From positions 4,189-68,188 of the forward strand of contig CAIMEA010000079.1 in assembly GCA_903839845.1 (NCBI GenBank): 64,000 nt of DNA, in the 5' to 3' direction. The DNA comes from an uncultured Hyphomicrobiales bacterium. Lineage in GTDB: Bacteria > Pseudomonadota > Alphaproteobacteria > Rhizobiales > Xanthobacteraceae. The translations under genes were made by a program, and so were the position numbers. The notes under the pieces were generated by a model. That model was not told the origin of the DNA and ran no database searches. It worked only from the letters and a program-made list of their open reading frames with translations. Every line of letters starts with the position of its first letter. The first letter of the stretch is position 1. Below are positions 43,824 to 53,262 of this stretch, piece by piece.

Positions 43824-44192
43824 ATGGCTGTTGTTCATATCGATCACATCCTAATTGCGATGCCGCCAGGGCGCGAAGCCGACGCGCGCGCCTTCTACTG
43901 CGGCGTTCTCGGCATGACTGAGAAAATTAAGCCGCCGGTGCTGGCGGCGCGCGGCGGCTGCTGGTTCGAGATCGGCGCCCTGCAGGTTCATCTCGGCGTC
44001 GAGAAGAATTTCATTCCGGCGCGCAAGGCGCATCCCGCCTTCATCGTCGAGGATCTCGCCGGCATGATCGAGAAAGCCGTGCGAGGCGGCTACAACGTCA
44101 CCGCCGACGAGCCGCTGGAAGGTTGCGACCGGCGCCATGTCGACGACCCGTTCGGCAACCGCATCGAACTGATCGAGCCACATAAAAAATAA
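43824..44192 (+). CDS. VOC/glyoxalase family protein
   Basis: IDHILIAMP, FYCGVLG, HPAF, DPFGNRIELIE. Confidence 0.88.
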   Translation: MAVVHIDHILIAMPPGREADARAFYCGVLGMTEKIKPPVLAARGGCWFEIGALQVHLGVEKNFIPARKAHPAFIVEDLAGMIEKAVRGGYNVTADEPLEGCDRRHVDDPFGNRIELIEPHKK

Positions 44193-44207
44193 ATCAGGAC
44201 TGGCCGA

Positions 44208-44711
44208 TCAGCTGCGCAGATAAGTGGCGACGTCGAAAGCCGCGTCATCGTCCGGGCCGGCCGGATAGGACACACGATTGACCTCGCGCCAGTCGGACGG
44301 CTCGATGCGGGGAAAATGCGCGTCGCCTTCCGGACTGGCATGGACATGCGTGATTTCGAGGCGGTCGGCCTTCGGCAGCAACCGTTCGAACACATCGCCG
44401 CCGCCAATCACCATGATCTCGTCGACGCCCCGGCGCACGGCATCCTCTTCGGCGTAGCCTATGGCGGCATCCATGGTGGTGGCCAGAACGCCGCCCGGCA
44501 CGATCACGCCGAGGTCCCTGGTCAGGACAATATTGGTGCGGCCCGGCAGCGGCTTGCCGATCGACTCGTAGGTCTTGCGCCCCATCACCACCGGCTTGCC
44601 GATGGTCAGCGCGCGGAAATGCTTGAGATCGGATTTCAGCCGCCACGGCAATTGGCCGTCGCGACCGATGACGTTATTGCGACCGATCGCCGCGACCAGA
44701 ACGATTTTCAT
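44208..44711 (-). CDS. folA: Dihydrofolate reductase
   Basis: VIGRDGQLPWRLKSDLKHFR, VMGRKTYESI, VIGGGDVF, GDAHFP. Confidence 0.96.
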   Translation of the reverse strand: MKIVLVAAIGRNNVIGRDGQLPWRLKSDLKHFRALTIGKPVVMGRKTYESIGKPLPGRTNIVLTRDLGVIVPGGVLATTMDAAIGYAEEDAVRRGVDEIMVIGGGDVFERLLPKADRLEITHVHASPEGDAHFPRIEPSDWREVNRVSYPAGPDDDAAFDVATYLRS

Positions 44712-45199
44712 GGACGCGAATCCTTTGCCGCGAAATTCTGCAAGGCCGGCCCGCTCAGCCGGCAGATTTTCCAGTCGTCCATCACGTCGGCGCCGATCGA
44801 TTTATAGAAGGCGATCGACGGCGCATTCCAGTCCAACACCGACCACTCGAAACGCGCCAGCCTTTGCTCGACGCAGCGCTTGGCGAGTTGCGCCATCAAC
44901 GCCTTGCCGAGGCCGCGGCCGCGAAACGCCGGCCGCACGAACAGATCCTCGAGATAAATGCCGTGCCGGCCGCGGAAGGTCGAGAAGTTCAGGAACCATA
45001 CCGCGAAACCGGCCGCCTCGCCGTTCCATTCGGCGATATCGCAAAACAGACGCGGCTCCTTGCCGAACAGCGCGGTGGCAATGTCATCAGCCGTCGCATC
45101 GACCGTGTCGGCGAGCTTTTCGTAAATCGCCAGTTCGCGCACCAGATCGAAGATCAGCGGCGCATCGTCCTCGCGCGCGGCGCGGATGGCGATTGTCAT
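44708..45199 (-). CDS. GNAT N-acetyltransferase (spermidine/spermine acetyltransferase-like)
   Basis: [10 protein letters not shown]..., [38 protein letters not shown]; ATGA overlaps with thyA and folA. The ORF-track extension to 45811 is spurious. Confidence 0.88.
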   Translation of the reverse strand: MTIAIRAAREDDAPLIFDLVRELAIYEKLADTVDATADDIATALFGKEPRLFCDIAEWNGEAAGFAVWFLNFSTFRGRHGIYLEDLFVRPAFRGRGLGKALMAQLAKRCVEQRLARFEWSVLDWNAPSIAFYKSIGADVMDDWKICRLSGPALQNFAAKDSRP

Positions 45200-45990
45200 A
45201 CCGCCACTTGCGCCTTGATATGCGGGTGCGGCTCGTAGTTTTCGACCGTGAAGTCCTCGTAGCGGAAGCCGAAGATATCCTTCACCGCCGGATTGAGCCG
45301 GATCGTCGGCAGCGCCTTGGGCGCGCGCGACAACTGCAACTCGGCCTGCTCGATATGATTGAGATAGAGATGCGCGTCGCCGAAGGTATGGATGAACTCC
45401 CCGGGCTGATAGCCGCTCACCTGCGCCACCATCAAGGTCAGCAGCGCATAGGACGCGATGTTGAACGGCACGCCGAGGAACACGTCGGCCGAGCGCTGGT
45501 AGAGCTGGCACGACAATTTGCCGTTGGCGACATAGAACTGGAACAGGCAGTGGCACGGCGGCAGCGCCATCTTGTCGACATCGGCGGGATTCCAGGCGGT
45601 CACGATCAACCGCCGCGAATCCGGATTGCGCTTGATCATCGTCATCAGGTTGGCGATCTGGTCGATGGTGGCGCCGTCCTTGGCCGGCCAGGAGCGCCAC
45701 TGGTGTCCATACACCGGACCGAGACCGCCTTCGGCGTCGGCCCATTCGTCCCAGATGCGGACGCCGTTGTCCTGGAGATATTTGATGTTGGTGTCGCCGG
45801 CCAGGAACCACAGCAATTCGTGGACGATCGATTTGACATGCAGCTTCTTGGTGGTGACCAGCGGAAAGCCGTCGGCCAGGTTGAAGCGCATCTGATAGCC
45901 AAACACCGAGAGCGTCCCGGTTCCGGTACGATCATGCTTTTCCGCGCCGTGGCGCAGAATATGGTCCATCAGATCGAGATATTGGCGCAT
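45196..45990 (-). CDS. thyA: Thymidylate synthase
   Basis: [38 protein letters not shown]. Confidence 0.97.
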   Translation of the reverse strand: MRQYLDLMDHILRHGAEKHDRTGTGTLSVFGYQMRFNLADGFPLVTTKKLHVKSIVHELLWFLAGDTNIKYLQDNGVRIWDEWADAEGGLGPVYGHQWRSWPAKDGATIDQIANLMTMIKRNPDSRRLIVTAWNPADVDKMALPPCHCLFQFYVANGKLSCQLYQRSADVFLGVPFNIASYALLTLMVAQVSGYQPGEFIHTFGDAHLYLNHIEQAELQLSRAPKALPTIRLNPAVKDIFGFRYEDFTVENYEPHPHIKAQVAV

Positions 45991-46133
45991 CGCTTTAAAG
46001 CCTGAATGCCTTGCCGCGGGGCCCGGGCCGCCCGACTCGGGCGAAGATGGGCAAGTTTAGCGCCCCCCGCAACCCTCCGGCCGGCTTAATCCCCGCCGGC
46101 CGACAGCCGGTTCCGCGCCAGGCCCGGGCGGCA

Positions 46134-46148
46134 TTAATAAGTGCTTAA
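46134..46148. promoter_or_regulatory. CtrA-type box TTAA-N7-TTAA
   Basis: TTAA taagtgc TTAA between thyA and the coiled-coil gene. Confidence 0.6.
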
Positions 46149-46164
46149 GCAAGATGTTTCATGG

Positions 46165-46179
46165 TTAAGAGCTCGTTAA
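46165..46179. promoter_or_regulatory. CtrA-type box TTAA-N7-TTAA
   Basis: TTAA gagctcg TTAA; reads TTAA-N7-TTAAC on the minus strand. Confidence 0.65.
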
Positions 46180-46235
46180 GTGGCCCGTGATTCGGTTTTG
46201 TCGGCGTCCGCTCGCATTTCCAAGTCGAGAAGACA

Positions 46236-47372
46236 TTGAAATATATCGACACCATTTTCGACGACATGCCGAATCTTGCACGCCAGCCGTCCGGCCAGGC
46301 CAGGCGGGACCGCAGCGGCGTCGACCTCAACGAGGATCTCTTCGCACCGGCCGGCGGACCGCGGAACGGCGCCCGCGGTGGCCCCAACAGCGGCATCGTC
46401 CCGTCGCCCATTCTGAATCCCGCATCGTCGAACGGCCGCCCCATGCCGGCCTCGCTCGAACTCGACGAGCGGCCGTGGCCGACGCTCGACGTGCCGCCGA
46501 AGCAGGGCCCGAGCCCGCTCGAGAAAAAGGTCGCGGATCAGGAGCGCGAACTGTCGCTGCGCTGTACGCAGGTTGCCGACCTCTACAATCTTCAGGAGCG
46601 GCTCTCGGCCGAATTGCAGGCCGCTCATAGCGAGATCGACCGTCTCAACACCGCATTCACCGAACTGCAGGAAACGGCGACGCACCATGTCTCGAAGGCC
46701 GCCGAACGTAAAAAGGCGGTCACGGTCCTCTATCAGGAAAACGCCGTCCTGCGCGGCAAGCTCGACAAGGCGCATGACGAAACCGCGACGCTGTCGCGGC
46801 AGATGCTGTCGCTCGAGACCATGTTCAACGACCGCGAAGCCGTCATTACATCGGCCCTTGAAGAAGCCGATCTCCTGAAGGCGCAACTGGCGGCGGCGAA
46901 CGAAGAAGTTGCCAAGCTGACGGCGACGATCGACGAGGCCAACCAGCGCCGTCAGGACGAAGATTCGCGCCAGTCCGGCATGATCGAGGACCTCAAGCAC
47001 AAGGTCGAATCCCTGTTCGTGGACCACGGCATCCAGCTCAAGACGCGCGACAAGCTGGCCAAGCGCTGCGACGAACTCACCAGGACGACGACGGCGCTTG
47101 AAACCGCGCAGCAGGAATCAAAGGCGAAACTGGCGGCGCAGGCCGAGCACACACGGTTTCTGGAAACCGTTCTGCGCGTCGAGCGCGAGACCGCCGACGC
47201 CAAGATCAAGGAATTGACGGAAAAGCTCGAGCACGAGCGCGTGCAACGCGCCGCGGCGGACGATGCGTCGGCGGCGATGCGCCGGGAAATGGCGCAGCTG
47301 TTGCGGCAATTCGCGGCGCGGCGTCCGCACCTCCAGTCGAGCGAGTCCGGCGCGCGGCAGGACGCGGCTTAA
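46236..47372 (+). CDS. Long cytoplasmic coiled-coil protein, crescentin-like candidate
   Basis: Pro/Gly-rich ~95-aa head, then ~270 aa of A/E/L/K/R-rich heptads; no TM; ends RQDAA. Start TTG 46236 or ATG 46266. Confidence 0.65.
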   Translation: MKYIDTIFDDMPNLARQPSGQARRDRSGVDLNEDLFAPAGGPRNGARGGPNSGIVPSPILNPASSNGRPMPASLELDERPWPTLDVPPKQGPSPLEKKVADQERELSLRCTQVADLYNLQERLSAELQAAHSEIDRLNTAFTELQETATHHVSKAAERKKAVTVLYQENAVLRGKLDKAHDETATLSRQMLSLETMFNDREAVITSALEEADLLKAQLAAANEEVAKLTATIDEANQRRQDEDSRQSGMIEDLKHKVESLFVDHGIQLKTRDKLAKRCDELTRTTTALETAQQESKAKLAAQAEHTRFLETVLRVERETADAKIKELTEKLEHERVQRAAADDASAAMRREMAQLLRQFAARRPHLQSSESGARQDAA

Positions 47373-47410
47373 GTCAGGGCGATTGACTTTCTCAAGCGCC
47401 GAGACTTCAC

Positions 47411-47485
47411 TTGCCAAGTTTTCAATTTCCAAGATTTCAATATCCGGGTCCTCAATACCCAGTCTTCCAAATCCAAGTCACCGAA
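47411..47485 (+). repeat. Five degenerate 15-bp tandem repeats
   Basis: TTGCCAAGTTTTCAA / TTTCCAAGATTTCAA / TATCCGGGTCCTCAA / TACCCAGTCTTCCAA / ATCCAAGTCACCGAA. Confidence 0.6.
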
Positions 47486-47496
47486 ATATCGGAACG

Positions 47497-47946
47497 ATGA
47501 CCATGGCCTTTGACCACATTCTTGTCGCGCGCATTCTGCTGACGCTGGTAACCGCCGGCTGGTCCTTGGGGACCGTGATCGCCGACTTCAACAAGACGCA
47601 CGCGACCAACCCGGCCTGGACCGGACATGCCCGCTTCCACGTCGTCTGGCAGATCAGCAGTTACGTCGGCTTCGGCATTCTGGCCCTGGCGTTGATCTGG
47701 ACGCCCGGCCCGCTCGTCGTCGAGCGGCTGGTGCTGGCCGCGGTGATTTCGGGCATCGTCTTTGCCGGCTTCCTGGTCGCGGCCATTGCCATGCCGCTTT
47801 ATGGCGGCCGCGCTTACGACGACAATGGCTATCTGCCGTTCCCGGCGCCGGTTCCCCTGATCGCCAAGGCCTGGGACGTCAATATGACCGCCTTTTGCAT
47901 TCAGTTCGTGCTGCTGCTGGGCGCGCTCGCGGCGCTCGCCGCCTAG
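47497..47946 (+). CDS. Hypothetical membrane protein with HARFH motif (DUF6640-like)
   Basis: Four hydrophobic segments; THATNPAWTGHARFHVVWQ. Start 47497 or 47503; the ORF-track extension to 47263 overlaps the previous gene. Confidence 0.7.
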   Translation: MTMAFDHILVARILLTLVTAGWSLGTVIADFNKTHATNPAWTGHARFHVVWQISSYVGFGILALALIWTPGPLVVERLVLAAVISGIVFAGFLVAAIAMPLYGGRAYDDNGYLPFPAPVPLIAKAWDVNMTAFCIQFVLLLGALAALAA

Positions 47947-48085
47947 GGCCTTTACAGCTTTGATGGAACCAAAGCGGGGCCACCCGCCTTTTGGTATGTC
48001 GCGTTTTCGACGCGCGAGACGGCACGTCTCTCGAAAACGCTTCAGGTCCCCGTTAACCGTAAAAGGTGAACGGCGTTTACCAATA

Positions 48086-48101
48086 TTAACAACCCGTTAA
48101 C
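48086..48101 (+). promoter_or_regulatory. CtrA-type box TTAA-N7-TTAAC upstream of mlaEFD
   Basis: TTAA caacccg TTAAC, with further TTAAC half-sites at 48053 and 48102. Confidence 0.65.
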
Positions 48102-48230
48102 TTAACGGCGCAGGCGTCCGGGCGACCGGCTGCCTGCGAAGGCTTTGGTCGCCTCAGCCGACCCGGATGCGGTTGTCCTGGCACGAACGCGCGGGCCAGC
48201 CGCATTCGATATCGAATAAGGAGCGACGCG

Positions 48231-49367
48231 GTGACAGCGGGTACCCTGCTCAGCGGCCAGGTGACTGCGGGCGGCCTCGGCCTGGCCGCGTCCGGCTCAT
48301 GGACGGCCGAGCACGCGCGCACGCTTGAGCCGTTGATCGACCATGCGACGCGGACCGACACGACGGTGCAACGCATCATCATCGACGTGACCCGTATCGA
48401 ACGCCTCGACACCTATGGCGCCTGGTTGATCGAGCGAACCTTGCGCGTGTGGACCGAGCGCGGCTGCGACACGAGAATCGTCGGGCTACCGGACAGCTAC
48501 GGCAACCTGTTCAAGAAGGTGCGGGCCGGCGTCGGAAAACTGACGCCGGACAAGCACAAGCGCACCGGCATCGTCGCAACGCTGGAAAGCGTCGGCCGCA
48601 CGATGACCGCCGTCGGCAACGACCTGTTCACGATCTTCCAGATCGCCGGCGCCTTGCTCGTCGCATTCCTGAGCGTCGTGGCGCATCCCCGACGCTTTCG
48701 CTTCACCTCGCTCATCAACCACCTTGAGCGCGTCTGCTGGAATGCCGTCCCGATCATCATCCTGATCACGTTCCTGATCGGCGCGATCATCGCGCAGCAG
48801 GGCATCTTCCATTTCCGCACCTTCGGCGCCGATATCTATGTCGTCGACATGGTCGGCGTTCTGGTCTTGCGCGAACTCGGCGTCCTTATCGTCTGCATCA
48901 TGATCGCCGGCCGTTCCGGCTCGGCCTATACCGCCGAACTCGGTTCGATGAAGATGCGCGAGGAGATCGACGCCTTGCGCACGATGGGTTTCGATCCCAT
49001 CGAAGTCCTGGTGCTGCCGCGCATTCTCGCGCTCATCATCGCGGTGCCGATCCTCGCCTTCATCGGCGCGATAGCCGCACTCTATGGTGGCGGCATCGTT
49101 TCATGGCTCTATGGCGGCATCGACCCGAAGATCTTTCTCTCGCGCCTGCACGAGTCGATCAGCATCAAGACTTTCGCCGTCGGCATGATCAAGGCGCCGT
49201 TCATGGCGTTGATCATCGGCCTCGTGGCCTGCATGGAAGGCCTGCAGGTCAAGGGCTCGGCCGAGTCGCTCGGCGCCAAAACCACGGACTCCGTGGTCAA
49301 ATCGATCTTCCTCGTCATCGTGATCGACGGCCTGTTCGCCGTCTTCTTTGCTTCGATCGGGGTTTGA
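48231..49367 (+). CDS. mlaE: MlaE family lipid ABC permease with N-terminal STAS-like domain
   Basis: IERLDTYGAW STAS-like region; LRELGVL, GRSGSAYTAELGSMKMREEIDAL. Confidence 0.92.
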   Translation: MTAGTLLSGQVTAGGLGLAASGSWTAEHARTLEPLIDHATRTDTTVQRIIIDVTRIERLDTYGAWLIERTLRVWTERGCDTRIVGLPDSYGNLFKKVRAGVGKLTPDKHKRTGIVATLESVGRTMTAVGNDLFTIFQIAGALLVAFLSVVAHPRRFRFTSLINHLERVCWNAVPIIILITFLIGAIIAQQGIFHFRTFGADIYVVDMVGVLVLRELGVLIVCIMIAGRSGSAYTAELGSMKMREEIDALRTMGFDPIEVLVLPRILALIIAVPILAFIGAIAALYGGGIVSWLYGGIDPKIFLSRLHESISIKTFAVGMIKAPFMALIIGLVACMEGLQVKGSAESLGAKTTDSVVKSIFLVIVIDGLFAVFFASIGV

Positions 49368-49369
49368 TC

Positions 49370-50182
49370 ATGCCGTTCCGATCCGACGATTCGGTCATCA
49401 AGGTGCGCGATCTGGCGGTGGATTTCGCCAACCGCCGCGTCCTCAACGGCGTCAACCTCGATCTCAAGCGCGGTGAAATTCTGGGCTTCGTCGGCGCGTC
49501 CGGCGCCGGCAAGTCGGTGCTGACCCGCACCATCATCGGCCTTCTGCCGATGCAGGCCGGCTCGATCGAAGTGCTGGGCGTCGAACTCAGCAAGGCCAGC
49601 CAAGCCGAACGTCAGTCGGTGGATCGCCGCTGGGGCGTGCTGTTCCAGCAGGGCGCGCTGTTCTCCTCGCTGACGTCCGGCAAGAACGTCGAATTCCCGA
49701 TCCGCGAATACCTGCGCCTGTCGCCGAAGCTGACGACGGAGATCGCCATCTCGAAGCTGGAAATGGTCGGTCTCAAGCCCGACGTTTACCGCAATTTTCC
49801 GTCCGAACTGTCGGGCGGCATGATCAAGCGCGTGGCGCTGGCCCGGGCGCTGGCGCTCGATCCGGAAATCCTTTTTCTCGACGAGCCGACCTCCGGCCTC
49901 GATCCGATCAGCGCCGCGGAGTTCGACCACCTGTTGCTGACGCTTCAGGAAACGCTCGGCATTTCGGTATTCATGGTGACGCACGATCTCGACAGCCTGC
50001 ACCGCACCTGCGATCGCATCGCGGTGCTGAGCGAGGGCAAGATCGCCGAAATCGGCAATATGGACGTCATGCTGGCATCGAAGCATCCGTGGCTGAAAGA
50101 ATACTTTCACGGCGAGCGGGCGCATAACAACGAAATTCAGGTTCCAGTTAAAGGACGGCGCGTCACTGAAAAGCGCGTCTGA
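49370..50182 (+). CDS. mlaF: MlaF family ABC ATPase
   Basis: GASGAGKS, LFQQGALFSSL, ELSGGMIKRVALARALALDPEILFLDEPTSGLDP. Confidence 0.93.
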   Translation: MPFRSDDSVIKVRDLAVDFANRRVLNGVNLDLKRGEILGFVGASGAGKSVLTRTIIGLLPMQAGSIEVLGVELSKASQAERQSVDRRWGVLFQQGALFSSLTSGKNVEFPIREYLRLSPKLTTEIAISKLEMVGLKPDVYRNFPSELSGGMIKRVALARALALDPEILFLDEPTSGLDPISAAEFDHLLLTLQETLGISVFMVTHDLDSLHRTCDRIAVLSEGKIAEIGNMDVMLASKHPWLKEYFHGERAHNNEIQVPVKGRRVTEKRV

Positions 50183-50196
50183 TGTGGAGTTGAGCG

Positions 50197-51033
50197 ATGG
50201 AAGACAGGGCAAAATACGCGTTGATCGGCTTGTTCACCTTTGCCGTGATCACCGCTGCGTTCGGCTTCATCTACTGGCTGCATGGCGCATCGGGATCGAA
50301 AGAAACCAGCCCGTATCTGGTCGTATTCGAAGGCTCGGTGTCGGGCTTGCGCGTCGGCGGCCCGGTCTTGTTCAACGGCATCCGTGTCGGCGAAGTCACC
50401 GAGATGCGTCTCACCGAAAAGCCGTCCGAAGTCGCCGCCGTCATTTCAATCGTGCCATCGACGCCGGTGCGTTCCGACACGGTCGTGACGCTGGAATATG
50501 CCGGCCTCACCGGCATCGCCTCGGTGTCGTTGCGGGGCGCGGCCGCCTCCTCGCCCGCGGTGGCGCCACCCAAGAGCGGCGGCCTGCCGACCTTGCGCGC
50601 GGCCTCCACGGCCGGCGACATGGGCACCGCGGTGCGCGAGACCCTCGCCAAGGCCGACGCGATCATCGTCGACAATCAGGAAACATTGCGCAACGCCATC
50701 AAGAACCTGGAAGTCTTCACCGCCGCGCTGGCGCGCAACAGCGACAAGCTCGACAAGCTCATCGACAACAGCTCGACTGCGATGGGCACTTTTGCGGAAC
50801 TGGCGGTCTCACTGAAGAAAGACACCAGCACGCTCGCGGAAAATCTCGACAAGCGCACCGCCGAGATCACCGAAGGCGTCACCAAGCTGACCGATACCGC
50901 GACCAAGCATGTCAACGTCGTCGGCAACGACCTGCACCGCGCCATCATCAATATCGACAAGCAGGTGACCGATCTGGCGAAGAATCCGCAGCGGATCATC
51001 TTCGGCGGCAGCAACGGCAACGACAAGAAATAA
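50197..51033 (+). CDS. mlaD: MlaD/MCE domain protein
   Basis: N-terminal TM, SVSGLRVGGPVLFNGIRVGEV MCE motif, helical tail ending KNPQRIIFG. Confidence 0.9.
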   Translation: MEDRAKYALIGLFTFAVITAAFGFIYWLHGASGSKETSPYLVVFEGSVSGLRVGGPVLFNGIRVGEVTEMRLTEKPSEVAAVISIVPSTPVRSDTVVTLEYAGLTGIASVSLRGAAASSPAVAPPKSGGLPTLRAASTAGDMGTAVRETLAKADAIIVDNQETLRNAIKNLEVFTAALARNSDKLDKLIDNSSTAMGTFAELAVSLKKDTSTLAENLDKRTAEITEGVTKLTDTATKHVNVVGNDLHRAIINIDKQVTDLAKNPQRIIFGGSNGNDKK

Positions 51034-51036
51034 TTG

Positions 51037-51075
51037 AAAAGGCGCTTGCCGGGTTTGCCGGCAAGCGCTTTTTTT
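51037..51075. terminator. Bidirectional terminator between mlaD and tctA
   Basis: AAAA GGCGCTTGCCGG GTTTG CCGGCAAGCGC TTTTTTT. Confidence 0.85.
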
Positions 51076-51099
51076 AACGTCCGACGAAAGCCCGGCCGA

Positions 51100-52605
51100 T
51101 TACTCGACGAAGACTTCCTCGCGCCGTTTGCTGATCATCGGCAGCATGGCGATGATCAGGAGAATGGCCGCCACCAGGATCAACCCGGCCGAGATCGGCC
51201 GGGTGAGAAACACGGTGGCGTCGCCGCGCGCGATCAGCATGGCGCGCCGCAGGTTTTCTTCCATCAGCGGGCCGAGCACGAAGGCCAGCACCAGTGGCGC
51301 CGGCTCGAAATCGTGCTTGACCAGCCAATAGCCGACCAGCCCGAAGATCGCGGCGATCAGCACGTCGGTCGGCGAGTTGTTGATCGAATAGATGCCGATG
51401 CAGCAGAACACGATGATCGACGGGAACAGCAGCCGGTAGGGCACCCGCAGCAGGCTGACCCAGACGCCCACCAGCGGCAGATTGATGATGACCAGCATCA
51501 GGTTGCCGAGCCACATCGAGGCGATCATGCCCCAGAACAGTTCCGGCTGTTTGACCATGACCTGCGGGCCCGGCACGATGCCGTGAATGGTCATGGCGCC
51601 GACCATCAACGCCATCACCGCGTTGGGCGGAATGCCGAGCGTCAGCAGCGGAATGAACGAGGTCTGCGCCGCCGCGTTGTTGGCGGCTTCGGGCGCGGCG
51701 ACACCGGCGATGGCGCCATTGCCGAAACTCTCCGGATTTTTCGAGATGCGCTTCTCGAAAGTATAGGCGGCGAACGAGGCCACCACGGCGCCGCCGCCCG
51801 GCAGAATGCCGAGGATCGAGCCGAGAATGGTGCCGCGCGAAATCGCGCCGGAGGAATCGATCAAATCCTTGCGCGTCGGCATCAGGCCGGAGATTTTGGC
51901 CTGCACGATATCGCGGCTCTCCTGCGACATTTCGAGATTGCGGATGATTTCGGCAAAACCGAACAGACCCATCGCCACATTGGTGAAGCCGATGCCGTCC
52001 GACAGCTCGGCGACATCGAAAGTCATGCGGCCGGCGCCGGTCTCCAGATCGGAGCCGACCATCGACAGCAGCAATCCGGCCAGAACCATGGCGATCGATT
52101 TGAGCACCGAGCCCTTCGCCAGCACCACCGCGAAAATCAGGCCGAGCAGCATCAGCGAGAAATATTCCGCCGGACCGAACAGCAGCGCCAGAGATGTGAG
52201 CGGCGCGCCCAACGCCGCCACCAGCACGGTCGATACGCAGCCGGCAAAGAACGAGCCGATGGCCGCGATCGACAACGCCGCGCCGGCGCGGCCCTGCCGC
52301 GCCATCTGGTGGCCGTCGAGACAGGTGACGACCGACGTGGCTTCACCCGGAATATTGACCAGGATCGACGTCGTCGAGCCGCCATATTGCGCGCCGTAAT
52401 AAATGCCGGCGAGCATGATCAGCGCGCCGACCGGCGGCAGACCGAAGGTGATCGGCAACAGCATCGCCACCGTCGCCACCGTGCCGATGCCGGGCAAGAC
52501 GCCGACCAGCGTGCCGACCAGCGCACCGAGCAGACAGAAAGCGAGGTTCATCGGGGCCGCGGCCACCGAGAAGCCTAGCGCGAGATTGGCAAGAAGGTCC
52601 GTCAT
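51100..52605 (-). CDS. tctA: Tripartite tricarboxylate transporter permease TctA
   Basis: [34 protein letters not shown]. Confidence 0.94.
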   Translation of the reverse strand: MTDLLANLALGFSVAAAPMNLAFCLLGALVGTLVGVLPGIGTVATVAMLLPITFGLPPVGALIMLAGIYYGAQYGGSTTSILVNIPGEATSVVTCLDGHQMARQGRAGAALSIAAIGSFFAGCVSTVLVAALGAPLTSLALLFGPAEYFSLMLLGLIFAVVLAKGSVLKSIAMVLAGLLLSMVGSDLETGAGRMTFDVAELSDGIGFTNVAMGLFGFAEIIRNLEMSQESRDIVQAKISGLMPTRKDLIDSSGAISRGTILGSILGILPGGGAVVASFAAYTFEKRISKNPESFGNGAIAGVAAPEAANNAAAQTSFIPLLTLGIPPNAVMALMVGAMTIHGIVPGPQVMVKQPELFWGMIASMWLGNLMLVIINLPLVGVWVSLLRVPYRLLFPSIIVFCCIGIYSINNSPTDVLIAAIFGLVGYWLVKHDFEPAPLVLAFVLGPLMEENLRRAMLIARGDATVFLTRPISAGLILVAAILLIIAMLPMISKRREEVFVE

Positions 52606-52617
52606 TGTCTCACTCGC

Positions 52618-53148
52618 TCAGAACATGGGCCAAAGCTGGAAGGGGAGTTGCAGCAGATAGACGAACAAACCGACGCAGAACGCCGTCATCGCCACCGCTG
52701 CGATCAGGCTTTCGACCCAGCGAAATTCGGTCGAGCCAAAGATCGAAATCATGAACGCAAGGAACGTCGCCGGCACCATGCCGAAGGCCGGGATGACAAT
52801 CGGAATGGAAGCTACATCGACGTGAATGCCGCGAACCGTGGCGGCGAACACCAGAATTCCCACCAGCACATAGGCCGGGCCGCGCAAGGCGAAGCTTTCG
52901 AGCGGCGGCCCTTTGACGACCAACCCCATCACCGTGATCACGACGCCGACAGCCATCAGCAATCCGGCAAAGATGCGTGGCGCGGTGCCGGGACCAAAAG
53001 CGAAGCCCTGCTGGCCCGGCAGACTACTGGACGCCCACAGCGCGATTGCCGCGACGACGATCAGCGCCAAACCGCCAAAAAAATCGCGTGGACCGCGAAT
53101 TTTCAAAAGAAATCCGCCCCCCGTCGAGGATTTCGTCCCCCCGGCCAT
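52618..53148 (-). CDS. tctB: Tripartite tricarboxylate transporter TctB
   Basis: RDFFGGL, GPGTAPRI, LLQLPFQLWP; upstream of tctA. Confidence 0.85.
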   Translation of the reverse strand: MAGGTKSSTGGGFLLKIRGPRDFFGGLALIVVAAIALWASSSLPGQQGFAFGPGTAPRIFAGLLMAVGVVITVMGLVVKGPPLESFALRGPAYVLVGILVFAATVRGIHVDVASIPIVIPAFGMVPATFLAFMISIFGSTEFRWVESLIAAVAMTAFCVGLFVYLLQLPFQLWPMF

Positions 53149-53262
53149 TGTTCTCTCCCCTACGCCTTTAGTCGCATACCGACGTGTTAAGCACTTGATG
53201 CCTAGCACATCTTTCGTATCGACCGGAAGCAAAAGGCGACGCCGCCTGGGGGCAACTCGTGT

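Noticed and set aside
44708-45811. 367-aa GNAT fusion
   Set aside because: The upstream 200 codons overlap thyA in another frame; the real GNAT starts at the ATGA overlap at 45199.
47411-47485. CRISPR array (here or at the REP elements)
   Set aside because: Units are 15 bp, adjacent and degenerate with no unique spacers; no cas genes in the window.
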